Shown: positions 24,820-36,514 of the stretch, piece after piece
Layout: every line of letters starts with the position of its first letter
Position numbering within the stretch: position 1 is the first letter of the stretch
From: Laetmonice hystrix
Lineage: Eukaryota
Assembly (NCBI GenBank): GCA_965235115.1
Contig: OZ249437.1
Coordinates: 30,008,001 to 30,072,000, forward strand
Length of the DNA: 64,000 nt
Direction: 5' to 3'
Notes under the pieces: model-generated
Database searches by the model: none
What the model was told of the DNA's origin: nothing
What the model saw: only the letters and a program-made list of their open reading frames with translations
Program-made: the position numbers and the translations under genes

Positions 24820-25350
24820 AGTGGGTTTCTTCAGAAAGGTCTTTTCAACCGAGCCACACGCTCTCTCGGTAAAAAGATATAGTGTATGGAGGTGTTAACA
24901 CAGCCGAGGCAGCTACGACGGCTTTGCTATTTACAGCGGCAAGTGACACCTTAGGAAATTTAAGAATGAGATAATTTTGATAAATTTGCAGTATATTCAT
25001 TATTACTATGTGCAAATGCTTATATAATCGATAAGTGGTGTGTGAAGAAATAATAAAGGATATTAAGATTTACATTCTGAATACGGACTTCTAGTGAAAG
25101 ATGAGAATCCTTGCGTTTTTCTTCATCGTTAACAAAAGACCATCGTTTTGTATTCGTTAAAACTTGGTGTTTAAAAGAGATGGGAAGATTCCGAACAAAT
25201 TTGTTTTGATTATCTTTCACAAGTTATTCAACTCATCGTGTGCTGACAATGTTTATTTTTTTCCGTACAAAGATTTTCTGTGATCCTAACTTTGTAAATT
25301 CCAGCAATACCGTACATGTACTGTGTGATAATAATTATGTCGCCCTGATA
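24820..25350 (+). mobile_element. Possible Penelope-like retroelement relic
   Basis: KGLFNRATRSL (24835) resembles the Penelope RT C-terminal LxxRAxxI motif. TCTV(C)DNNYVA (25314, needs a 1-nt indel) resembles the GIY-YIG CxxCxxxYIG motif. Confidence 0.3.
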
Positions 25351-25397
25351 TATATTTTGTATATTAGAAGATCCGTTGAATTCCCTTAGAATAATAG

Positions 25398-25729
25398 CAG
25401 GGCTTTCAAATTGTGGGGATTGGGCTAAATTAGCAGGCCCCATAACTTTTTTGTTTTAGAGTAGGCGGGGATTGGGCTAAATTAGCAGGCACCATAACTT
25501 TTTTGTTTTAGAGTTGGCGGGGATTGGGCTAAATTAGCAGGCACCATAACTTTTTTGTTTTAAAGTAGGCGGGGATTGGGCTAAATTAGCAGGCACCATA
25601 ACTTTTTTTGGTCATCCTAAGTTGCAGTCAAGATCTCTAATGCACCTCTTGATTTACAAACTGGGTTTTATGCCATGTTGAGCACATGGCCATATGATTT
25701 TGGGAAATACCGTTAATTTGAAAGCCCTG
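25398..25729. mobile_element. Non-autonomous DNA transposon (MITE), hAT-like TIRs
   Basis: Perfect 15-bp terminal inverted repeat CAGGGCTTTCAAATT (25398-25412) / AATTTGAAAGCCCTG (25715-25729). The 8-bp flanks AATAATAG and AATAGAGG match at 5/8, a possible decayed TSD. Confidence 0.65.
25415..25610 (+). repeat. Minisatellite, 52-bp unit x about 3.8, inside the MITE
   Basis: GGGGATTGGGCTAAATTAGCAGGCACCATAACTTTTTTGTTTTAGAGTAGGC starts at 25415, 25467, 25519 and 25571. Confidence 0.95.
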
Positions 25730-25887
25730 AATAGAGGGTTGATGTTGCGGTTAGCTGGATGATTTTCCATTGTAGGAGGAGGAGGGGGCTATAGTATCGA
25801 GTATTATCTAGATTTAAGGCCCAGCGATATTTGAAGTGGCCTGATGACCAACCGGATATCTGATAGCACTGATACTGATGGTTAAAG

Positions 25888-26712
25888 CTGGCTATCGTAG
25901 CTCACCTGTTTACACGACAGTTGGAGATCGACACCGGTCTCCATCTGGCTATCGTAGCTCACCTGTTTACACGACAGTTGGAGATCGACACCGGTCTCCA
26001 TCTGGCTATCGTAGCTCACCTGTTTACACGACAGTTGGAGATCGACACCGGTCTCCATCTGGCTATCGTAGCTCACCTGTTTACACGACAGTTGGAGATC
26101 GACACCGGTCTCCATCTGTATTCAGTGCTAGAGACAGATTGTAGGACGGGTGTGCAAGGACGGACCAACACCAGACTTAAACCCATACTATCGTAGCTCA
26201 CCTGTGTACACGACAGTTGGAGATCGACACCGGTCTCCATCTGGCTATCGTAGCTCACCTGTTTACACGACAGTTGGAGATCGACACCGGTCTCCATCTG
26301 GCTATTGTAGCTCACCTGTGTACACGAGAGTTGGAGATCGACACCGGTCTTCATCTGGCTATCGTAGCTCACCTGTTTACACGACAGTTGGAGATCGACA
26401 CCGGTCTCCATCTGGCTATCGTAGCTCACCTGTTTACACGACAGTTGGAGATCGACGCCGGTCTCCATCTGGCTATCGTAGCTCACCTGTGTACACGAGA
26501 GTTGGAGATCGACACCGGTCTCCATCTGGCTATCGTAGCTCACCTGTTTACACGACAGTTGGAGATCGACACCGGTCTCCATCTGGCTATCGTAGCTCAC
26601 CTGTTTACACGACAGTTGGAGATCGACACCGGTCTCCATCTGTATTCAGTGCTAGAGACAGAATGTAGGACGGGTGTACGTGCAAGGACGGACCAACACC
26701 AGACTTGAACCC
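25888..26712 (+). repeat. 57-bp minisatellite in two blocks (4 and 8 units), each followed by the same ~70-bp tail
   Basis: Unit CTGGCTATCGTAGCTCACCTGTTTACACGACAGTTGGAGATCGACACCGGTCTCCAT spans 25888-26115 and about 26188-26639. Tail CTGTATTCAGTGCTAGAGACAGA...GGACCAACACCAGACTT starts at 26116 and 26640. Confidence 0.95.
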
Positions 26713-26729
26713 CTACCCCTCCGGTTGAA

Positions 26730-27235
26730 TGTCCTGAGTTGGTGTCTTGTGTGGGGTTCAGTGTGGGTGTCCTGTGTGAGGGTCCTGTCAAGTGTCCTGT
26801 GTTGGGGTCCTGTCCAGGTGTCTTGTGTGGGGGTCCAGTGTGGCTGCCCTGTCTGGGTGTCCTGTGTGTGGGTCCTGTCAGGTGTCCTGTGTTGGGGTCC
26901 TGTCCAGGTGTCTTGTGTGGGGGATCCTGTGTTGGGGTCCTGTCTGGGTGTCCTGTGTGTGGGTCCTGTCAAGTGTCCTGTCTAGGTGTCTTGTGTAGGT
27001 GTATTGTGTGGGGGGTCCTGTGTTGGGGTCCTGGCTGGGTGTCCAGTGTGTGGGTCCTGTCAAGTGTCCTGTCTAGGTGTCTTGTGTGGGTGTCTTGTGC
27101 GGGTGTCTTGTGCGGGTGTCTTGTGCGGGTGTCTTGTGCGGGTGTCTTGTGTAGGTGTCTTGTGTAGGTGTCTTGTGTGGGTGTCTTGTACGGGTGTCTT
27201 GTACGGGTGTCGTGTCTGGGTGTCCTGTATACCCG
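26730..27235 (+). repeat. G/T-rich degenerate tandem repeat, ending in a 13-bp unit array
   Basis: GTGTCCTGTG/GGGTCCTGT motifs with almost no A. GTGTCTTGTG(C/T)GG repeats from about 27077 to 27220. Confidence 0.9.
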
Positions 27236-29383
27236 GAGGTGTCCATTGTGGGTGTCCACCGGAGCTGTGCTATCTGGACAAGATGTGTCCTGACGTCACC
27301 TCGAACTGACCAGTGACAGTCAGTCGTATCGTGGTTATCAGAGTTGTAAACTGGGCCAGTGGTTACCTGACCACTCTCCTCACTCGGAACAACTCGGGGA
27401 AAGGTGACCTGGGCTGAGATGTCGGTGGATACTGTGGCACGGAATCAGATGGGTTCCTGCAAGGTAAGCCTCCACCTGCTGGATTAGGGATGACGTACTA
27501 TAGTAATCCCAGCATTCATGTATTATTTGATGCTAGTATCGAGACGCCAATCCAGGTCAGACTTCTGAGGGTGAAGAAAATATCTAAGGAGGTGCGAATG
27601 TCAAATTTGAGTCAGATCAGACTTTTAGTCGGAGAGGCTCTGACCTAACGGCACTGGAGTGGGATAGAGCATATCGATGTAGTAATTATTAGATTAATTA
27701 GAAAGAACGGACTTATACTTATAGGAATTCCCGTTCGGATGAAAGACCTTTTTATACGAACATCTTGGCTAGGACTGTAATTCTGGGTTTGACTTTTGGC
27801 TTGGTTATGGTCCTTAGACACGGACACTAGACAAGGCAGCTGTATTAGTGGTTGCGTACGAGTGGGACAGATTGTAATCCTCCCCCAGTAGGGGGAAGAA
27901 CAGTTCACCCCAACATCTGGCCACACCCTACTCTATCACCCCTGCCCCCAAACCTTGGGGGTATTTCCTGGTAATCCACCCCTAGTCCTACCAGTGCCCA
28001 TATCGGCTCCTTACTGGCAGGGATTAAGCGGATAAGTCCTCACGTGAGTACTTAATCCTCACCGGCTACGGGTCCTTTTGACTCATGCCTACAATCGTCC
28101 AGAACGGCAGCCCGGACACGGGAACTGTGGGAGTACTTTGGGTGTCGGGGTTGGGTGTGGGTAAGCGTTTCACACGTACCCACTTTACCGTGTGAGTGTG
28201 TGGTGTGGGGGTGGTGGAGGCCAGTGAGGGCAGCTGGCGTCAATAGACAGGGAGTACTGACGAACGGAGTAATCGGGGGGCGAACGGCAGCATCTTCAGG
28301 TAGTGTGACCGCCTCACTCACTGGGCACTCTATTCAAATCTGACCTCTGACCTCGACTACATCCACAAGTCTTCTTGTTCTTCTACTTCTTCTCTTTCTG
28401 CTCGGCTACTAATCCTTGCTCTTTTTTCCGTTCCTCGTCTTCTTCCCTGTTAAGTTGGGAATGTCTGATGTGTCTGCAGTGGTTGAATCAAATAATATGC
28501 CTATATGAAGTTATGAATGTAATCATTTATATGATGTAGACCCGCGCTTGCAATAACAAATGGTTTGTATGGAACCGCGCCCAAAACATTTTTGAGAACG
28601 TATTATAACAACTCTCTTCTATACAATGTTAGGTATCTTTTACAATGGGAGAACCAGATTAAGAAAGCAAGCCTGCATACAGGATGAACATGCTGTCTTG
28701 GCACTGCCAGAAAGACGAATGATAATGGATAAAGTAGGGTAAGCCTTGAGAGCCAAGATGCCCATTAACATTGCGAAGTTTTTGGTTGTGAAAAGTTCAG
28801 ATTGCACACAGGCCTTGCCTTGCTGCCAGTGTGGTCAATACGGGCAGAGTGGTGAGGGGCGTTGCCACGTTGTGTTGCCAACAACCAGATGGTTAAGGTT
28901 TGAGCAAGACTCACACTCCGATTTTCTCCTTTACCTCCAAGCTATGTGCAGATAATGTAAAACAGATGCTCGACTTCTAGGAATGTTGACCCACTTCGGG
29001 TTGGGCTGTCTTCCCGTGGAATCTTCCTCGAAAATCTAGAAGTGTGGAAGTTAAATGACCGATTTTGGAAGACCAGGGAGAGACGCTTTAGGATGAGCGA
29101 CAAGAGTACGCATTGACTTCAGGTATTGCTCAGTGAAGGTCTACTTACGCTGGTTATGTATGTCTGGGGGCGACGAATGAAGTTCTTACCGTATCAGCGC
29201 GGCAGTTATGTCTTCATACCACGCAGACTTTATGGTAAGTCCTATCATAGCGAGGGATTTTATTGAGCAAGTGACCGCATCATGAAGATCGAAATAATTT
29301 CGGGCATTGACTTTTTTTAACCGGGGTGATGGGTATAGAAAGCAGTAGGATATTACAACTAATACCTGGCATTGCTCGCGGAA

Positions 29384-29574
29384 GTTGCCATGGCGAGTAG
29401 ACTGCCGTGGTAGACAAGTTCGACATTCTTGTCGTAGGTGTCGCACTGGCTCGCCACATTCATCGCATATCTGACCGTAATACCAATTTTTAAAGAGAGA
29501 TATTGTTCAGGAAGCAGACAGTGATTTCCTCAGCAGGCACTATTGGGGAGGCTGAGGCTGGTAACCATGGTAAC
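29384..29574. promoter_or_regulatory. Two RFX X-box-like palindromes
   Basis: GTTGCCATGGCGAG (29384) and GTAACCATGGTAAC (29561), versus the consensus GTNRCCATGGYAAC. Confidence 0.35.
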
Positions 29575-31174
29575 GGGGGAAGCTGTGGCAGCCAGCTGGT
29601 TGGACACTGACAGTAAGCAGCCCTGACCCCACGTATACACCCCCTCCCCCCTCGTCTGGTCTGTAGCACAAGGAGGGGCAGGGCACCCGGCCCTTTTACA
29701 TATCATGTTTGTGTTTATTTGCTCTGTACATGTCCATGTCAGGAAAAGATGCTGAGTACTTCACAGCTATCTTCACTGACAAGGAAGAAGACTGCAGGCA
29801 TAGTGAAACTTCAACATTTTCCAGGAGGAATTCCTTGCTTGTTTCGCGTGCGTTTTTCCTGTTACAACATAGGCACAGAGGGAAACGATCTCCCCTGTTT
29901 AGTGATAGGTAAACGGTGTACGGTATTCTTTAACACTTTCGGGTCGGTAGGCAGTCGTGAGCAACACCTGGAAATGACCTTGTTTGAGCCGTTTCACCGC
30001 TGGTTTTGTGAGTGCCGAGGGTAGGAGTAATTAACCTTGCTGACATCTCACGGGATGAGGGCAAGTCACTAAGGTCAGGGTAGTGGGGTATAGACAGGAT
30101 CAACAGATGGTCAAGTCACTCAGCGGGATTCTCACAGCCTGGTAGCGGCAGACAGGTATTGGAGAGATGGTCATGGGTGGTAGGTCAGAAATGAAGGTCA
30201 CAGCGCTACTGGTCAAGGTGACTTCACCAACAGGATCAGCTAGAACATTCTGTTACAATCAGCGCTCTGCTATACTACTTGAAATAAAAGTTCATCATTT
30301 TGGATGTTGAGAACGCTTCTATGGGCCCATTCCTGGTGAAATTCATTGGCTGTTCAAGTCAGTCAACAACCAGCCATGAGCCGTTCAGTTCATGGTGACA
30401 ACACACAACTGGAATGTTGAATTTCATTAGATTTCCCCATTTCTGTGTGTAAACATTTATTGATTTATAAATGTAGTCTAAGACCTTATCTGACCTAACA
30501 GCCCATGTCTGTATTTTGGAGTCATTGAAATGAGAGATACTCGCTGATTGCTTTAAGGCCCAGTTATTCTCGGTCGTAACCTTCAGCTAAGCAGAGCAAA
30601 TTTTCATAATGGACACTAAAGAGGTCAATATCATGATCCCTATAGGTAATCCATTGTTACAGAGAAGGGGTTTAATAGGCAGTGTAATTTAATTAGTAAT
30701 TTTTAAATTATGTTGAAAAATAAAGACTCGGCATGCCATGACGAATGTTCCCGTTTAATAAACGTTTTAGAAGAAAAAAAGGTTTTCATCGAGTGGAATT
30801 GGCTGGAATTATTGCATAGGATCCTAATGCTTTCAGCTTTTGATTTTTGGGAAGGGGGGAGGGGGTAAATTATCTGAGTTAGACCTGTCGCGGTGACTAG
30901 TTCAGGAAATAATTGGCGAGTGTAGTATTTATTAAATGAGCGGAATTTTATTAGAGTTGGAAAAATTACAGTTTTATAGTCGTATTTCATGCCACACCGG
31001 TACAAAGGTGCTTTAATCGTAAAGGGATGTTAGATTGATTGGTTTTGTGGGGGTTTGAGCACTGTCAGCGAGAAGACATCGAGTCTGTTAGTTATGTGAA
31101 GAAGATGAAGAACAAACTGCCCCCGCCCCCCGCCATGGTAAGGTTAGCACGACATTGTGGGTAGGGGTTAGGGT

Positions 31175-31238
31175 TAGCTAGACAAGTCAACCCCCTAGGG
31201 AAGCGGAGAACTGCCCTAGGGTTTGACTTGTCTAACTA
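31175..31238. repeat. Inverted repeat (23 paired bases, 13-nt loop) preceded by TTAGGG-like hexamers
   Basis: TAGCTAGACAAGTCAACCCCCTAGGG / CCCTAGGGTTTGACTTGTCTAACTA, with GTAGGGGTTAGGGTTAG immediately upstream. Confidence 0.8.
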
Positions 31239-31503
31239 GGTTGGGGTAGATACAAGTAGATTTCGTTGAGATGTCATTGCAGTCTACCCTACCCAAACAG
31301 TCTACCCGGGGAATATATCATATGCTAACTAGTCATTAGGAAGAGACTGTCTGACAACCCGAGGTATTCTTAGACCTGAAGGAGGTTGGAAAAGACTGAT
31401 TACCGTTTGATTGGGGGCGGTACTCCACCTTAGGCTGAGGTTGGATTGGGGGCAGTACTTTATCAGTAGGTTAACTTAATAAGTTAAGTGTGTCTGTGAG
31501 AGT

Positions 31504-31517
31504 CCGCCCTCCAGCGG
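31504..31517 (-). promoter_or_regulatory. CTCF-like motif (reverse orientation)
   Basis: The reverse complement reads CCGCTGGAGGGCGG. Confidence 0.3.
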
Positions 31518-32883
31518 CACCTGCTTGGCCTGCTTGACCTTAGAAAGGGGCCATCCAGACACGCTGATGGGGTCATAATTTAAACAGGAAGTGATTTTAA
31601 TCTATTTAACCGATTGGGCTGATCGGAGTAGATGTAAAATAAACTTCGCCCAAGAACAAGGTCTTTTAAAAGGTCTTTAAAGGTCACTAATTTTTCTCGT
31701 TAGAAAGTTCTAAAAAATAGTTGAAAAATGACAATTGTCAGTATCGAGTGTAGATTCCTGATTTCTATCTGAAGTTGAAAGATAAAAACGAAAGCCACCA
31801 ATAGGACGTAGAGATAGGGGCCAGGAAGGTGAAGTGGAAGTGTTGGGAGTTCTAATGGATGTGTCAGGTGGAGTTTGAACCCTGTCAGCGGCCAAGTTGT
31901 CTTGGTTATGTCACGTGTCGGGGACTGGAGACTGAGCTGTGGGGGTGAGTCGGGCGGGCGGTGGGGTGAAACTGTCAGGGGTGGAGGGAGCGGGGGGAGG
32001 AGCGGGAGGCAGGGGTCAGTTAGGAGTGGTGAATGGGAAGGGGAATGAGGAGCTGGGCTTGGCTGAGGGCTGGCAGTGAGGGGTGAGGGATGGGAACGGG
32101 CCAGCACCAACCAAACCAGGGTTATACCTGGAGCAACATTGAGGGGATTCAACCCATGGAAGGAGGGGTTTATCAGACTACAGGTGGTGCAGATCTGAAA
32201 GGGGAAAAAAATAGAAAAATGAGAAAGGAGAAAAATGGAAGCAAGTGTTCCTGAACAATGTCATCATGGTGCTGATCATTCGTGAAGACTGCGTTTCCAC
32301 CCTCATTTTCCGCTTTACTAGATGCTTTGAAATTAACTTAAAGGCAGAATCTAGAAAAAGTCGTGATCGTGTTTTTGAGAGGACAGTTTTCATCAGAAGA
32401 TGACACTCTTTCGATAGTAGAGAGCACATCTCCCTAAGCGGAAAGAAACTTGAAATTTTGTCTTTCGGGCACCTGCTGAATTTAATTGGAGGTAGCTTTG
32501 ATTTGCTTTAAACGAACACGTGAAAAACACATGTTAAGGAATAATATGAGATGGGGCCCTCATGTAGGACCAGGATATGATAATATTATTGCCACTCTAT
32601 AAAAGAATGTCATAGAAGGGCGATTAAGAGCCTTGTTAATCTATGTGTTCCTAGTCGATTGTCTCACTGCTGAATCTGTCCGTTTCTAATCCAAGGAATC
32701 TAATCCTAGTCACACAAAAGCAGTTATCGACGCCTCTTGAACTCACAGTAAGCGTTATAACCATAGGTTGGATAGATTTGTTTACAAATTATTTATGTTT
32801 TTACTTACGACAAACCAATCTGCCGATCATCTTGATGTGAACTACAAGTCGAGGTGTGAGTAGTAAGTTAGTTTCAGTGACTG

Positions 32884-32897
32884 CCACCAGGTGGCTC
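32884..32897 (+). promoter_or_regulatory. CTCF-like motif
   Basis: CTG-CCACCAGGTGGCTC, close to the known core CCACCAGRKGGCRC. Confidence 0.4.
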
Positions 32898-34854
32898 ACG
32901 CCCCAGGAGGTACGACCAGGCCCGGCTGCCTGGAGAGGCCTGGGTCTAAACAGTTGGCAGGTGTAGCCAGGGGTGTGGTGTGGTTATAAATAAGTCCAGA
33001 TCAAATCTTTTGTCAGTTTGTGGCTCTTGCAAGAAAGAGGGCAAAGTCTGTAACCAAAATGGCATCAAAATGCAGGCTACTTGCATGTACAGGCAGCTTA
33101 GACCAAGAGACCCCTCCGCATGGCTTTGTAATCCACCGTCTCCAGTAGAGAGCTTTCACGATCTGCCGTGTGCGTGATTCGCTTTGATATCTACCGTCTA
33201 CAATGACAACTCGTGTTGCAGTTTGGATTTCGCTATGCTCTTTGCGCACGAACTGCTACTTGTGACAGTTTTGTTTAGTGATTTCTTGTGTCCATATCTT
33301 TATTAGATTCAACAAGCATAGACAGGCCATGTGTCAAATTTATGACTGCAAGCTCTGGTGACAAATGTCGACCTTGTGACCTGACTTGGCTGCAGGGTAA
33401 ATGAACAGGGACAGGACGGAATGGGGTAAAAAACGGAGATTGTTAGAATGGACCGATGTGGTGAGCTGTCGTAGGCGTCCAGTCTAGACAGAGTATAGAC
33501 TGGACAGACTTGTGGCAGGCAGTCAGAGGCTCGCCTTATATACCCGCAGACAATGTATCGTCTTCTAAATGGTGATTGATCGGACAAATGTGTTTTTCAT
33601 GCAACATGAACCCTGGAAAGCGCCCCTGACAATCGGCGGAGGAAGTGACGGAGGCGAGTATTGGATTATAGCGGGTTCCTCAATGTCAGCTACTGACTAG
33701 GACTAGGATGTTTTTAGGCTCAGACGGCAAGGCTATGCCCTCGGCATTAGACTGACCTTACCATCGTCTTATCACCGTACATATACAAGGGTATACATGT
33801 ATAGATGTCCATGGTGGGTCGTACCCTCATGGAGGGTTTGACAGACCGAGGGGGCAGAGTGAACACTTGAAGTAACTTGGATGGCGCTGCAAGTTGTCGT
33901 CATTGTACATCTGTGAGAAGGGTATCTGTGGCCGAGTCAGGGATAATGTAGTGTGGAATGGGATGTCTCAACATCACAGAACGGGTTAAGGGGAAAAAAC
34001 TGGAGGCCTACTGAAATAACAGGGATGCTAGGCTGTTGTCATCCAGGTAGTGGGGATATAGAACTCTTTAAAGGTAACAAACCTCACTAAGACAGAATAA
34101 TTAAAGGGGTGGAGTTGTATTTCCAGGATGTGATAGAAGAACCTGTGTTAATATAGCGTCTCGAAATTGCGATATTTCAAGGCGTAGTATGACGTGGTTT
34201 AGTGTAGAGGGACTAGTAGGCTGTCCATGCGTGCTGCTGATATTAGAATACCACTTTCAAGGAGGACATGTGTATGTGATTGTAATAGCTTATATCGAAA
34301 TGCCACCATCGGAACAAGAGATAATGAAATAAACCTAGGTCTAACAGATAGAAGACCCCAGCCAAGTCAGCATTGTGAAGATTTGTCTCAGATATCAGTC
34401 TCTGTAATAATGTCTTTTCCAAAGTGTGGCTCACTACACTGTGAAGTCAGAGAACAAATGTAGGCTGGAATTAATCCAAGTGTCTGAAACTTTGCTAACA
34501 GGACATGCGATATTACAAATTCGAGATGAATCTTTAGATGTATGGAAAGAACAGAAAGAAGTGTAGGTGACTACGCTTACCGTCTAGGTAGAATAAAGAA
34601 CGTCTCTGGGAATAAAGGAATAAGGTGTGGTTTAGAGACTGAATGTAATGTAATGTAATGTAACTCAATGTAATGGGTGCCGGTGATAGATTTAACACAT
34701 TTATTGTGTGATTGCGGTATAAGATGGCACATCCTGCCCCATCCATACCATGTCAATCCTGTTCCCAGAGTCTTTTCCCAGCGCAAGAGGCTGCGCCACC
34801 TACCGTCAGCACCTGGCCTTCATCACAGGCGGGCACGGCTCTATTACTGCAGCC

Positions 34855-35170
34855 CCACCTGTCCAGGGAAGAAGGCGAACCTCAGGGGAAGGAGCCGCCT
34901 GTCCAGGGGAGGTGAATCCGAGGGTGGGGGGGGGGGGCACCTCTCTAAGGGAGTCGGGGGTACCTGTCCAGGAGAGGGGGACCTAAGGGGAAGGGGAGGC
35001 CACCTGTCCAGGACAGGAGGGGAGCCTGGGAAGTGCATGGAGGAGGCCACTTGTCCAAGAAAGGGTCGGAGCCGAGATCACCTGTATGAGAACCTGAGGA
35101 GGGGAGGGAGGGGGAGGGGAGGCCTCACAGAGAGCAGGAGGACCCGGCAGGAGGATCTGGAGAGGAGGCT
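34855..35170 (+). repeat. Purine/G-rich degenerate tandem repeat
   Basis: CACCTGTCCAGG-like motif recurs about six times with ACCT(C/A)AGGGGAAGG spacers. G runs are dense. Confidence 0.6.
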
Positions 35171-35971
35171 TCACCATTGATGGCCAGCCACAACCTGGGT
35201 GTAAATGGCCACTTGAGCACACTCAGAACCTTTAACCCAGTTTTTAGCTCCAGTGGTGATTGCCAGTTTATGGGACGACCTGTTTCCTGGCCTCACCATC
35301 GACCCCGAACGTTGGCATTAAAACTGATGGGCAACAAAAGTGGGCCACCAGGTCGGCAGTAACACGGGTGAGATTTTCAACAAGGTAGCCTGAACCTAGC
35401 CAAAGTACTCGGATACAGACGGGAAGACACATTTCAGATTTACTTACATTTGAGACACCCCCCCCCCCCCGACTGGTGTGCAGAGTGAAGAATACCGGCG
35501 GACTGAACGATGTTATGATGGTCCAGTTATAGCTATTCTGGCACGGAGTGTCAGATTATTTAATTTGTTAATGTTTTCCTATTGTAAGTATTTATGAGCA
35601 AGTCCCGGGGCACGAATAGGTTCCTGCATGAGATCATGCTACAAACAGATAGAGATATACGAATTCTACGTGCAGGATCTCCATGATGCATACAATTCAC
35701 TGCCACGTCTCTCCTTGGTGCAAACATCTTCGCCAATATTATCAACTTCTTATGAGAAGGAATTTAGGCTGTTCATTTATATTGATGGAGTGTTTGAAGG
35801 CAATCCAGGTGTTATTGTTGTTTAACTTTTTGAAATCCCATTACAATAGAGTTTCTAATAAATAAATACCCATTTAGCTGTATTATTGCTGATAATGCGT
35901 TTAAATGAAAGCTTTCGCGGTAATCGACTGTTTGGTAGCGGGTGGTGGTAATATTAATGTTTGAGTGTGAC

Positions 35972-36514
35972 ACATTGAGTGTTGAACCGATAGGTTTGGG
36001 CACGGCCTGAGTTTACATTGAGTGTTGAACCGATAGGTTTGGGCACGGCCTGAGTTTACATTGAGTGTTGAACCGATAGGTTTGGGCACGGCCTGAGTTT
36101 ACATTGAGTGTTGAACCGATAGGTTTGGGCACGGCCTGAGTTTACATTGAGTGTTGAACCGATAGGTTTGGGCACGGCCTGAGTTTACATTGAGTGTTGA
36201 ACCGATAGGTTTGGGCACGGCCTGGGTTTACATTGAGTGTTGAACCGATACGTTTGGGCACGGCCTGAGTTTACATTGAGTGTTGAACCGATAGGTTTGG
36301 GCACGGCCTGAGTTTACATTATAGGTTTGGGCACGGCCTGGGTTTACATTGAGTGGTGAACCGATAGGTTTGGGCACGGCCTGAGTTTACATTGAGTGTT
36401 GAACCGATAGGTTTGGGCACGGCCTGGGTTTACATTGAGTGTTGAACCGATAGGTTTGGGCACGGCCTGGGTTTACATTGAGTGTTGAACCGATAGGTTT
36501 GGGCACGGCCTGAG
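35972..36514 (+). repeat. Minisatellite, 43-bp unit x about 13
   Basis: Unit TTTACATTGAGTGTTGAACCGATAGGTTTGGGCACGGCCTG(A/G)G. The unit at 36313 has a 13-bp deletion. Confidence 0.95.

Noticed and set aside
25878-26708. Repeat-protein ORFs from the 57-bp (19-codon) unit, e.g. SGYRSSPVYTTVGDRHRSP repeats
   Set aside because: Several frames on both strands are open simply because the unit lacks stops. In the SGYRSS frame four of five observed unit variants are non-synonymous, and the ORF is broken between blocks.
25888-26712. CRISPR-like appearance of the regular arrays (also 10395, 35972, 38765, 56660, 61978)
   Set aside because: Units are contiguous near-identical copies with no unique spacers, there are no cas genes, and the context is eukaryotic.
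26597-27309. Cys/Val/Gly-rich and Thr/Pro/Gln-rich ORFs
   Set aside because: Artefacts of the G/T-only low-complexity tract.
29709-30024. Apparent plus-strand exon with two open frames
   Set aside because: KDAEYFTAIFTDKEE resembles the LINE linker motif (N.YF.SVFT), so it is more likely TE debris.
34677-35180. 167-aa Gly/Arg-rich ORF with HLYENL
   Set aside because: Built from a recurring CACCTGTCCAGG DNA motif read in different frames; stop-poor purine-rich composition explains the ORF.
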